From the NCBI RefSeq assembly GCF_009914755.1, contig NC_060946.1: a DNA stretch of 64,000 nucleotides. One strand, written 5' to 3'. The stretch's first letter is position 1; every line of letters begins with the position of its first letter. This DNA comes from the human T2T-CHM13v2.0 reference genome, Homo sapiens. Below, piece by piece: positions 43,301 to 55,059 of the stretch. The position numbers were made by a program, and so were the translations under genes. The notes under the pieces are model-generated. The model saw nothing but the letters and a program-made list of their open reading frames with translations. It did no database searches and was not told the DNA's origin.

Positions 43301-46300
43301 TGGATTGAAGTGCAGCGGATTGGAGTTGAATGTAGTGTAGTGGAAAGGAGTAGAGTGAAATGGAATGGAGTATAGTGCAATTGAATGGAGTGGAGTAGAG
43401 TGGGGAGGAGAGAAGTGGAGTGGAGTGCAGTGGAATGGAATGGAATGGAATGCAATAAAATGGAGTGGAGTTGAGTGGAATGTAGTGGGGTGGAATGGAG
43501 TGGAATTGAGTGGAATTGAATGTACTGGATTGGAATGGAATGGACTGGAATAATATGGAATGTAATGGAATGGACTGAGTGGAGTGGAATGGAATGTAAT
43601 TTACTCGAATTGAATGGTCTCGAATGGAATGGAATCGAAACGAATGGAATTGCATGGAATGGAAACGAACGGAATAGATTCGAATGGAATGGAATTGAAT
43701 GGGATCAAATTGAATCGAATGGAATGCGGTGAAGTGGATTGGAGTGGATTGGAATGGAGTGGAATGGAATGGGGTGGAGAGGAATTGAATGGAGTGGAGA
43801 GGAGTGGAGTGGAATGCAATGGAATGGGAAGGAATATAATTGAACTTAGTGGAGTGGAGTAGTGTTGACTGGAATGAAATGGAATATAAATGAATGGAGT
43901 GTAGTGTAGTGTAGTGAAGTGGAGTGGAGTGGAATGTAATGGAATGGAATGTAATCGAATGGAATGGAATCAAATGGAATGGGATGGGATGGAATGGAAT
44001 GGAATGGAATGGAAATGAAGGGGATGGAATGGAATAGAATCCAATGGAATGGAATCGAATTGAATGGAATCGAACGTCATCAAATGGAATCCAGTGGAAT
44101 ACGGTGAAGTGTAGAGGAGTGGATGTTAAAGCAGTGGAATGGAATGGGGTGGAATGGAATTGAATGTAGTGCAGTGAAGTGGAATGGAGTGAAACGGAAT
44201 GGAATTGGAAGGAAAGGAATTGAATGGAGCGTGTTCGATTAGAGTGGAGTGGAATAGAATTTAATGGAATGGAACGGGGTGGAATGGAATTGAATGTAGG
44301 GCAGTTAAGTGGAATGGAGTGGAACGGAATGGAATTGGAAGGAATGGAATTGAATGGAGCGTGTTCGATTAGAGTGGAGTGGAAAGGAATGCAATGCAAT
44401 GGAATGGAAAGGAATTTCAAATAATCCAATGAATGGAATGGAGTGAACAGGAGTGGAAAGGAGTGGAATGGAATGGAGTGGAGTGGGATGGGATGGAGTT
44501 GGGTCGAGTGGAATGGAATGCAATGGAATGGAATGGAATGGAATGGAATGGAATGCACTCGATTTGAATGCACTAGAATTCAAAGGATTGGAGTGGAGAG
44601 GAATGGAATGTAATGGAATGGACTCGAATGGAATGGAATGGAGTCGAATGGAATGGAATGGAATATAATGCAATGGAATGCAATAGAATCAAATGGAATG
44701 GAATGGAAACGAATGGAATGGAATGCCATGGAATGGAATAGAAGGGAATCAAATCTAATTGCAAGGAATGTGTTGAAGTGGAGTTCAGTGGAAAGGAATG
44801 CAGTGCAATGGAATGGTTAGTAATGGATTCCAATGGAGTGTAGTTGAGTGGAATGGAATTGAATGGAATGGAATGGAATGGACTGGAATGGAATGGAATG
44901 GAATGGAATGGAGTGGAGTGGAGTGGAGTGGAATGGAATGGAATGGAGGGGTGCGGAGTGGAGTGCAGTGGATGGGAATGGAAAGGAATGGAATGGAATG
45001 GAATGGATTGGACTTGAATGGAATGGAATTGAATGGAATGGAATCAATTGGAATGGAATCCAATGGAATGGAATCAAATGGACGGGAAGCGAATGGCATT
45101 GACTGGAATGAAGTGAGGTGGAGAAGAAAGGAGGGGAATGGAGTGGAAAGGAATGGAGTGGAATGGAATTGAATGGATTGAAGTGGATTGGATTGGAATG
45201 GAGTCAATGGAACGAGAAAGAATAAAATTGAACAGAGTGGAGTTTAGTGGAGTGGACTGGAATGAAATGAAATGGAATGTAATGGATTGGAAGGGAATGG
45301 AATCTAATGGAATGGAATGGAGTAGAATGGACTGCAATGGATAGGATTTGAATGGAGTGGAGAGGAATGGAATGGAATGCAGTGGAGTGGAATCCACTCA
45401 AACGGAATGCAGTGGAACGGAATGCCCTGGAATGGAATTGAGTGGAATGGACTGGAGTGGAAAGGAATAAACTCGAATGGAATGGACTGGAAAGGAAAAG
45501 ACTCGAATGGAATGGTATGGAAGGGGCTTGAATGGAATGGACACGAATGGAATGGACTGGAATGCAATGGTCTCGAATGGAATGGAATCAAACGGAATGG
45601 ACTCGAATTGAATGGAATTGAATGGAATGGAATCAAACAGAATGGAATCGAATGGAATGGAATTGAATGGAATGGAATTGAATGGAATGAAAATGAATGG
45701 AATGGAATCAAATGGACTGGAATTGAATGGGACAGAATGGAATCAAATGGAATACATTGAAGTGGAGTGGAGTGAATGGAGTTTAATGGAATGGAAAGTA
45801 AAGGAATGGAGTGCAGTGGATTGCAGTGGACTGTAATGGAATGGAATGAGAAGAAATGGAATTGATTGGATTGGAGTTCTGTGGAGCAGAGTGGAAATGA
45901 AATGCAAAGGAATGGAATGAAAAATAATGGAATGGAATGGAGTGGAATGGAACGGAATTGAATCGAATCAAATTGACTGGAATGGAATCGAATGGAATGG
46001 AATGGAATTGCGTGGAATAGAGGGGAATGGAATCGAAAAGAATGGAATTGAACGGAATGGCATCAAATGGCTTGGAATCGAATGGCATCAAATGGAATCA
46101 AATGGAATTCGGTGAAGTGGAGTGGAGTGTACTGCAAAAGAGTAGAATGGAATGTGGTGGAAAGGAATTGAGTGGAGTGGGGGGAATGGAGTGGAATGAA
46201 GTGGGAAGGAATGGAATTGAATGGAGTAGAGTTGAGTGGAGTGGATTGGAATGAAATGGAATGGAATTGACTGGAATGGAATGGAATGGAAAGAATGGAA

Positions 46301-49300
46301 TTTAATGGAATGGACTGGAAGGGAATGGACTTGAATGGAATGGAATCGAATGTAATAGAATCAAATGAAATGGACATGAAAGGAATGAAATCGAAAGGAA
46401 TGCAAAGGAATGGAATGGAGTGGAATGGAAAGGTATGGAATGGAATGGAGAGGAATGGAATGGACTCGAATTTAATGGAGTGGCATGGAATGGACTCGAA
46501 TGGAATGGACTTGAATGGAATGGAATACAATGGAATGAAATCAAATGCAATGGAATCGAAGGGAATGGAATCAAATGGAGTGGAATCGAACGGAATGGAA
46601 TTGAATGGAATCGAATCTTATCAAATGGAATGCATTGAAGGGGAGTGCAGTGGAGTGGAATGGAGTGCAATGGAATGGTGTGGAATGGATTCGAATGGAG
46701 CGTATTGGTGCGGAGTGGAATGGAATAGAATGGAATGGAATGGAGTAGAGTGGAGTGGATTGGAGTGGAGTGGAATGGAATGGAAAGGAATGAAGTGGAT
46801 TGGAGGGGATTGGAGTGGAGTGCAGAGGAGGGAAATGGAATGGATTGGTATGGAATGGAATGGAATGGAATGGAATGGAATGCACTCTTCGTGAATGGAA
46901 TGGATTTGAATGGAATGGAAAAGAAAGGAAAGGAATCGATAGGAATGGAATCCAATGAAATGTAATCAAATGGAAGGGAATCGAATGGCATCGACAGGAA
47001 TGCCGTGAAGTGGAGAAGAGAGGAGTGGAATGGAGTGTAATGGAATGGGGTGGAATAGGATTGAATGGAGTGGAGAGGATTAGAGTGGAATGGAGTGGGA
47101 TAGAATGAGAAGGAATGGAAGTGAATGGAGTGGATTATAGTGGAGCGGACTGCAATGGAATGCAAGGTAAGGAAATGGATTGGAAAGGAATGGAATGGAA
47201 TGGAATGGAGTGGAATAGAGTGGAATGCAGTGGAATTTAACAGAGTGGAGTGGAATGGAATACAGTTTACTGGGATGCACTCAAACGGAATGAACTCAAA
47301 TGGAATGGAATGGAATGGAATTGACTGGAATGAAATGGCCTGGAATAGAATGGACTCGAATGGAATGGACTGGAATGGAATGGACCATAAGGAATGGACT
47401 CCAATGGAATGGACCCGAAGGGAATCTAATCAAACATACAGGACTGGAGTGGAATGGAATGGAATGCAATGCAATGCAATGGAATTGAATCGAATTGAAT
47501 CAAATTGAATGGAATGGAATCGAATGGAATGGGATGGAATGGAATCAAATGGAGTGGAATCAAATGGAATGGAATCAAATTGAATGGGATGGAATGGAAT
47601 GGAATCAAATAGAAAGGAATTGAATTGAATGGAACCGAATGTCTTCAAATGGAACCAAATGGAATACGGTGAATTGTAGAGGACAGGAGTGGAATGGAGT
47701 GGAAAGGAAAGGGGGGGAATTGAATTGAACAGAGTGGAGTGGAGTGGTGTGGAATGGAGTTGAATGGAATGGGGTCAAAGGAATTGAATGAATTGGAGTG
47801 GAGTTGACTGGAATGGCATGGAATGCAATGGATTGGGAAGGAATGAAATTGAACGGAGCGGATTGGAGTGGATTTCAGTGGAATGAAATGGAATGGAACA
47901 GAGTGGAATGGAGTGGAATGGATTGGAATGCTTTCGAGTCGCGTGGAATGGAATGGAGTGTAATGGAATGGAATGGAATAGAAGGGAAGAGAAGGACGGG
48001 AAGGAATGGAATGCAATGGAATGGAATGGAATGGAATGGAATGGAATGGAATGGAATGGAATGGGAAGGACTCCAATGGATTGGACCTGATCGGAATGGA
48101 CTGGAACGGAATGGACGCGAAAGGAATGGACTCAAAGGGAATGGAATAGCATGGAATGCAATCGAATGGATTATAATCAAAAGGAAAGGAATTGAATGCA
48201 ATGGAATTGAATGGAATGGAATCAAATAGAGAGCAATGGAATGGCATCTAATGGAATCTAATGGAATACGGTGAAGTGGAGTGGAGAAGATTCGAATGGG
48301 GTGGAATGGAATGGGGTGGAACGGAATTGAATGGATAGGAGTGGAGTGGAGAGGTGGAGAGGAGTGGAATGCAATGGAATGGAATGGAATGGATTGGAAT
48401 AGAATGTATTGGAGTGACGTGGAATGGAGTGGAGTGGAGAGCAACGGAGTGGAGAGGAATGGAGTGTAGTGGAGTGGATTGGAATAGAAAGGAATGGAGT
48501 GGAATGGAATGGAGTGAAGTTCAGTGGTGTGGAATGGAGTAGAATGGAAAAGAATGGAAAGGAAAGGAATGGAACGGAGTGAAGTGGAGTGGAATGGAAT
48601 GCAACAGAATAGAATGGAATGGAGTTTAATGGAATGGAATGGAATGGAATGGAGTGGAATGGAATGGAATGGACTCAAGTGGAATGGACTAGAATGGAAT
48701 GGAATGGAATGGAATGGAATGGAATGGAATGGTATGGAATGGAATGGAATGGACTCAAGTGGAATGGACTAGAATGGAATGGAATGGAATGGAATGGACT
48801 CAAATGAAGTGGACTTGAATGGACGGGAATCGAATGGAATGGAATCAATTGGAGTAGAATGAAATTGAATGGAATCGAGTGGAATTCGGTGAAGAAGAGT
48901 GGAGTGGAGTGGGATAGAGTGGAGTGGAATGGAATAGAATGGAGTTGATTGGAGTGGAGGGGAATGGAGTGGAATGGAAACAAATGAGAAGGATTGGAAT
49001 TGAACAGAGTGGATTGGAGTGGAGTGGGGTGGAATGCATGGGAATGGAATGGAATGGAGTGAACAGAAGTGTAGTGATGTGGAGTGGAGATGAATGCAAT
49101 GGAATGGTATGGAATACAAAGGAATGCAATGGAATGGAACTGAACAGAGTGGATTGGAGTGGAATGGAATGCATGAGAATGGAATGGAATGGAGTAGAGA
49201 GTAGTGTAGTGATGTGGAGTGGAGTTGAATGCAATGGAATGGAATACAATGGAATGGACTCAAGTGGAATGGACTAGAATGGAATGGACTCGATTGGAAT

Positions 49301-52300
49301 GGATGAAAATGGAATGGACTCGAATGCAATGGAATCGAATATAAAAGAATGAAATGGAATGGATTGCAATGGAATGGAATGAAAAGGAATCGAATGGAAT
49401 GGACTCGAATAGAAAGGACAGGAATGGAATGGAATCGAATGTAACGGACTGCAATGGAATGGAAGCAAAAGGAATGGAATCAAATGGAATGGAGTGGAAG
49501 AGAATGGAGTTGAATTGAATGTAATGGAATGGCATTGAATAGAATCAAATAGAATGCGGAGAAGTGGAGTGTAGTGGAGGGGATTGGAGTGGAAAGGAAT
49601 GGGGTGGAGTGAAATGCAATGGAGTGAAATGGAATGGCATAGGAAGGAATGGAACTGAACGGAGTGGAGTGGTCTGGAGTGGAGCGGAAAGGACTGGAAT
49701 GGAGTGGACAGGACTGGACTGGAATGGAATGGAATGGAATGAAATCGAGTGGAATGGACTTGAGTGGAATGTAACTGAATGGAGCGGAATCGAATGGAGT
49801 AGAATGGAATCGAATGAAATTGAATGGAATTTGGTGGAGTAAAGTGGAGTGGAGTGGAATAGAGTGGAATGGAAAGGGGTGGAATGTAATAGAATGTAGT
49901 GGACTGGAGTGGAGGGGAAAGGAGTGGAATGGAATGGAAAGACAAGGAATGGAATTGAACAGAGTGGAGTGGAGTGGATTAGAATGCAATGGAATGCAGT
50001 GCAATGGAGTGGAGAGGAGTGCAGTGACGTGAAGTGGAATTGAATGCTATGGAATGGAATGGAATGGAATGCAATGGAATGGACTAGAATCGAATGGACT
50101 AGAAAGGAATGGACACGAATGGAATGGAATCAAATATAATGGAATGAAATGGAATTGAATGGAAGGGAATTTAATGAAATGGACTCGAATTGAATGGACT
50201 TGAATAGAATGGACCGAAATGGAATGAACTCGAATGGAATGGAATTGAATGGAATGGAATCGAATGGAATGGACAGGTAATAAATGGATTCGAATGAAAT
50301 GTACTCGAATGGAATGCACTGGAATGGAATGGAATGGAATGGACTCCAGTGGAATTGATTCGAATGGAATCAATTGGAATCGAATGGAAAGCGATGAAAT
50401 GGAGTGGACTGGAGTGGAAAGGAGAGGAATGCAATGGGATGGAATGGAATTGAATGGAGTTAAGAGTAGTGGAGTGGAATGGAGTGGAATGGAATGGAAT
50501 GGGAAGGAATGGAATTGAACGGATTGGAGTGGAGTGGAATGGAGTGTATTTGAATGGAGTGGAGTGGAATGGAATGGAGTGGAATGGAGTGGGGTGGAGT
50601 GGAATGGAATGGAATGGAGTGGAATGCAATGGAATGGAATGGAATGCAGTGGGGTAGAATTTAATGAAATGCAGTGCTATGGGATATAAAGGAGTTGAGT
50701 TTAATGGAGTGGAGTGGAATGGAGTGGAATGGTGTGGAGTGGAGTGGATTGGAATAGAGTGTAGTGGAATTTAGTGGAGTAGAATGGAATGGAGTGGACT
50801 GAAATGGGGTGGAGTGGAAAGGAATGGAATGGAATGGAATGGAATGCAGTGGGGTGGAATGTAATGTAATGTAGTGTGGTGGAATGGATTGTAGTGGAAT
50901 GCAGTGGAATGGAATGGAATTAAGTTGAGTGGAGTGGATTGGAATGGAGCGGAGTGGAGTGCAGAGGAGTGGAGTGGAAAGTAATGGAATGGAATGGGAT
51001 GTAATGGAATGGAATGGAATGGAGTGAAGTGGCATGGAGTGGAATGCAGTGGAGTGGATTGGAATGGAGTGGAATGGAATGGGATGGATTGTGTGGAATA
51101 GAGTGGAATGGAATGTAGTGGAGTGGAGTGGAATGAAGTGGAGTGGAGTTTATTGGAGTTGAGTGGAGTGGAGTGGAATGAAATGGAATGGAATGTAGTG
51201 GAGTTGAATGGAGTAGAGTGGATTGTAATGGAATGCAATGGAATGAATTGGAAATGAATGGACTGGAATGCAATGGAATGGAGTGTACTGCATTGGAATG
51301 GAGTTTAGTGGAATGGAATGACATGGAATGGAGTGGGTTGGAGTTTAGTGGAATGGAGTGGAGTGGAGTGAAGTGTAATGGAATCGATTGGAATGGAATG
51401 GAGTGGAATTGATTGGAGTGGAGTGAAGTGGAATAGAGTGGAATAGAATGGAGTGGAATGGAATGGAATGGAGTGGAGTGGAATGGAGTGGAATGGAATG
51501 GAGTGGAGTGGAATGGAATGGAGTCAGATGGAGTGGTATGGAGTGGAATGGAGTGGAGAGGAATGGAGTGGTGCAGATTGTAGTGGAGTGGAGTGGTATG
51601 GAGTGGAGGGCAGTGGAATGGAGTGGAATGGAATGGAATGGAGTAGAGTGGAGTTGAGAGGAATGGATTGGAACTGAATAGAATGGAATGGAATGGAGTG
51701 GAGTGGAGCGGCATGGAGTGGAATGGGGTGGAGTGGAGTAGAATGGGGTGGAGTTGAGTGGAATGGAGTGGAGTGGAGTGTAATGGAGGGGAGTGGAATG
51801 GAATGGAATGGAGTGGAGTGGAGTGGAATGGAGTGAAGTGCAATGGAATGGAATGGAGTGCAGTGGAGTGGAATGGAATGAAGTGGAGTGGAGTGGAGTG
51901 CAGTGGATTGGAGTGGAGTGGAGTGGAATGGATTGGAGTGGAGTGGAGTGGAATGGAGTGGAATGGAATGGAATGGAATGGAATGAAATGGAATTTAATG
52001 GAATGGAATAGAATGGAATGGAGTGGAATGGAATGGAATGGAATGGAGTGGAATGGAATGGAATGGAGTGGAGTGGAATGGAACGGAAGGTAGTGGTGTG
52101 AAATGGAAATGAGTTGAGTGTAATGGATTGGAGTGGAATGGAGTGGAGTGGAATGGAGTGGAATTTTGTGGAGTGGGGTGAAATGGAATGGAATGGAGTG
52201 GTGTGCAATGGAGTTGAATGTTGTGGAGTGGTGTGAAATGGAATGGACTGGAGTGGAATGGAATGGAGTGTGGTGGAATGGTTTGCAGTGGAATGGAATT

Positions 52301-52530
52301 GAATGGAATGGAGTGGAATGCAGTGGAGTGTAATGGAATGGAATGGAGTCTAGTGGAATGGTTTGGAGTGGAATGGACTGGAATGGAATGGAATGGAGTG
52401 GAATGGAGTGAAGCGGAGCAGAGCAGAGTGGAGCAGATTGGAATGGAATGGAATAGAATGGAATGGAATCGAGTGGAGTGGAGTGGAGCAGAGTGGAGCA
52501 GAGTGGATCGGAATGGAATGGAATGGAATG

Positions 52531-52980
52531 GAATGGAGTGGAGTGGATTGGAATGGAACGGAAGGTAGTGGAGTGGAATGGAATGGAACGGAATGGAGTG
52601 GAGTGGAATGGAATGGAACGGAATGGAGTGGAGTGGAATGGAATGGAACGGAATGGAGTGGAGTGGAATGGAATGGAACGGAATGGAGTGGAGTGGAATG
52701 GAATGGAACGGAATGGAGTGGAGTGGAATGGAATGGAACGGAATGGAGTGGAGTGGAATGGAATGGAACGGAATGGAGTGGAGTGGAATGGAATGGAACG
52801 GAGTGGAGTGGAGTGGAATGGAATGGAACGGAGTGGAGTGGAGTGGAATGGAATGGAACGGAATGGAGTGGAGTGGAATGGAATGGAACGGAGTGGAGTG
52901 GAGTGGAATGGAATGGAACGGAGTGGAGTGGAGTGGAATGGAATGGAACGGAGTGGAGTGGAGTGGAATGGAATGGAACG
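52531..52980 (+). repeat. Homogeneous 30-bp (six-pentamer) tandem repeat, ~15 copies
   Basis: The unit ga[a/g]tggagtggagtggaatggaatggaacg repeats 13 times from 52,591 to 52,980 with one variable position. Two imperfect copies precede it at 52,531 and 52,561. Confidence 0.95.
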
Positions 52981-53855
52981 GAGTGGAATGGAATGGAGTG
53001 GAATGGAGTGGAATGGAATGGAGTGGAATGGAATGGAATGGAATGGAGTGGAGTGGAATGGATTGGAACGGAATGGAGTGGAGTGGAATGGAATGGAATG
53101 GTTTGGAGTGGAATGGAATGGAATGGAATGGAATGGAATGGAATGGAATGGAACAGAGTGGAGTGGAATGGAGTGGAATGGAGTGGAAGGGAATGGAATG
53201 GAGTGGAATGGAATGGAATGGTGTGGAATGGAATGGAGTTTATTGGAATGTAATAGAATGGAGTGGAATGGAATGGAAAGGAGTGGAGTGGAATGGAGTG
53301 GAGTGGAATGGATTGGAATGGAATGGTGTGGAATGGACTGGAGTTGAGTCGAATGGAATGGAGTGCAGTGGAATGGAGTGTAGTGGAATGGATTTGAGTG
53401 GAATGGAGTGGAGTGGAATGGAGTGGAATTTTGTGGAGTGGGGTGAAATGGAATTTAATGGAGTGGTGTGCAATGGAGTTGAAAGTTGCGGACTGGTGGG
53501 AAATGGAATGGATTGGAGTGGAATGGAATGGAATGGAATGGAATGGAATGAAGTGGGATGGAATGGTTTGCAGTGGAAGGGAATTGAATGGAATGGAGTG
53601 GAATGCAGTGGAGTGTAATGGAATGGAATGGAGTCTAGTGGAATGGAGTGTAGTGGAATGGAATGCAATGGAATCGAATGGAGTGAAATGGAGTGAAGCG
53701 GAGCAGAGCAGAGTGGAGAAGAGTGGAATGGCATGGAATAGAATGGACTGGAGTTGAGTCGAATGGAATGGAGTGTAGTGGAATGGAGTGTAGTGGAATT
53801 GAATGGAGTGGAATGGGATGGGTTGCAGTGGAATGGAACGGAATGGAATGGAATG

Positions 53856-53913
53856 AAGAATTTTCTCAGAATTCTTCTATTTTTTATATGAAGATATTTC
53901 CTTTTCCACCATA
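53856..53913. repeat. Alpha-satellite (ALR) monomer fragment, ~58 bp
   Basis: aagaattttctcagaattcttctattttttatatgaagatatttccttttccaccata matches the recalled alphoid consensus AAGAAGTTTCTGAGAATGCTTCTGTCTAGTTTTTATGTGAAGATATTTCCTTTTCCACCATAGG, apart from a few substitutions and a ~4-bp deletion. Confidence 0.85.
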
Positions 53914-54004
53914 CACGTCAACTCCCATAGGGATGTTGTATAAGACTCCAAGCCTTATGTCAGTGATCTCAACCCTGTGGATCAGCACTCTCCATGAAAT
54001 GGGA

Positions 54005-54417
54005 CATTTTAACACATTTTCTGCTGCTATAACAGAATATCATATACTAGGGAATCTATAAAGAAAATAAATTTATTTCTTAGAGTTCTGGAGGCTAGGA
54101 AGTCCAAGGATTAGGGGGTCTGCATCTGGTGAGGTCCTTCTTGCTGTGTCATCTCATGGCTGAAGGCAGCAGAGTAAGACTTTGAGAAAGAAAGAGAGCA
54201 AAAGCGGCTGAACTTGCTTTTAATACAAGCGCACTCCCAAGATAACTAACCCACCCTCCAGATAACTAACCTATTCCTGAGATAGTGACATTTATCCATT
54301 CATGTTGGCAGAATCTCATAACCCAGTCACTCTTATTAGGCCCCACCTCTGAACACTGTCACACAGAGGATTAAGTTTCCAACACTTGAGCTCCGGGGGA
54401 CACATGCAGACTATACA
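54005..54417 (-). mobile_element. ERVL-MaLR solo LTR, MSTD/MLT1A-like
   Basis: Shows MaLR LTR hallmarks in antisense: tgctgctataacagaatatc, aaatttatttct..agttctggaggctaggaagtccaag, gcatctggtgagg, ttattaggccccacctc, ttaagtttccaacac, gggggacacat. Length is ~410 bp. Confidence 0.85.
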
Positions 54418-54643
54418 TTGGGGATTGATGGGTATATGGGAGGGACCAGTCCTGAATATTTTGGCTGAGAGTTGTGTTTGGGAGCTGAAGCCATGCTCCA
54501 TCATGGCAGGGAACACATAGACCTTTGAATGCTCTGAGGAATTAATATTGAACAGTGTAACTCATGGCAGAAAGTGGAATATTTAAAAGGCAGAACTGGC
54601 TGGGTCAACTAAAAGAATGAACAGCCTGTAGCCTGTGGCTGGC

Positions 54644-55008
54644 TCCTCTTCGCTTCCCATCCCCACCTTTCACCTTTCTCTCTTTCTTTCTTTCCCTCCC
54701 TCTCTCTCTCCCTTCCTTACCTCCCTCTTTCCTTCCTTTCTTCCGTCCTTCCTCTACCTTCTTCTTTCTCTCCCTCCCTGCTTCCTTGTTTCTTTCCTTC
54801 TTTCTCTTTCCCTCTTTCTCTCCCTCCTTTCTTCCTTCTTTTTCTCTCTCATTTCCTTCTCTCTTTCTCTCTCTCTCCATCTTTCTCTCCCTCCATCCTT
54901 CCTTCTCTCATTCTTTCCTTCCTTCTCTCTTTCCTTCTTTGTCCCCTTCCTTCCTTCCTTCCTTTCTTCCTCCCTCCTTCCTGCCTTCCTTTCTTCTCTC
55001 TTTCTTTG
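54644..55008. repeat. Low-complexity polypyrimidine/polypurine tract (CT/CCTT/CTTT mix)
   Basis: About 360 bp made almost entirely of C and T on the + strand. Confidence 0.95.
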
Positions 55009-55059
55009 ACTGATGTGTTCTGAGCCCAAGCACCCTGTGGGGTACTAAGTGGTACCAAA

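Larger units (their letters stand above)
1..53855 (+). repeat. Human Satellite III-type (GGAAT)n pentamer satellite array, diverged and GGAGT-rich
   Basis: Continuous GGAAT/GGAGT/CGAAT/GCAAT/GGACT pentamers from base 1 to ...gaatggaatggaatg at ~53,855. The G-rich strand is on + throughout, and the array runs off the left edge of the window. Confidence 0.97.

Noticed and set aside
52531-52980. 30-bp repeats as a possible CRISPR array
   Set aside because: The units are head-to-tail with no unique spacers, there are no cas genes, and the context is eukaryotic satellite.
218-54061. Hundreds of ORFs encoding MEWNG/VEWSG (+) or HSIPF/HSTPL (-) repeats, up to 569 aa
   Set aside because: Pure (GGAAT)n has no stop codon in any frame, so long overlapping ORFs on both strands are expected. 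There is no domain, splice structure or codon signal.
54241-54272. gataactaacc repeated at 20-bp spacing within the LTR
   Set aside because: A similar internal repeat appears to be part of the MSTD-type consensus as I recall it, so it is probably not locus-specific.
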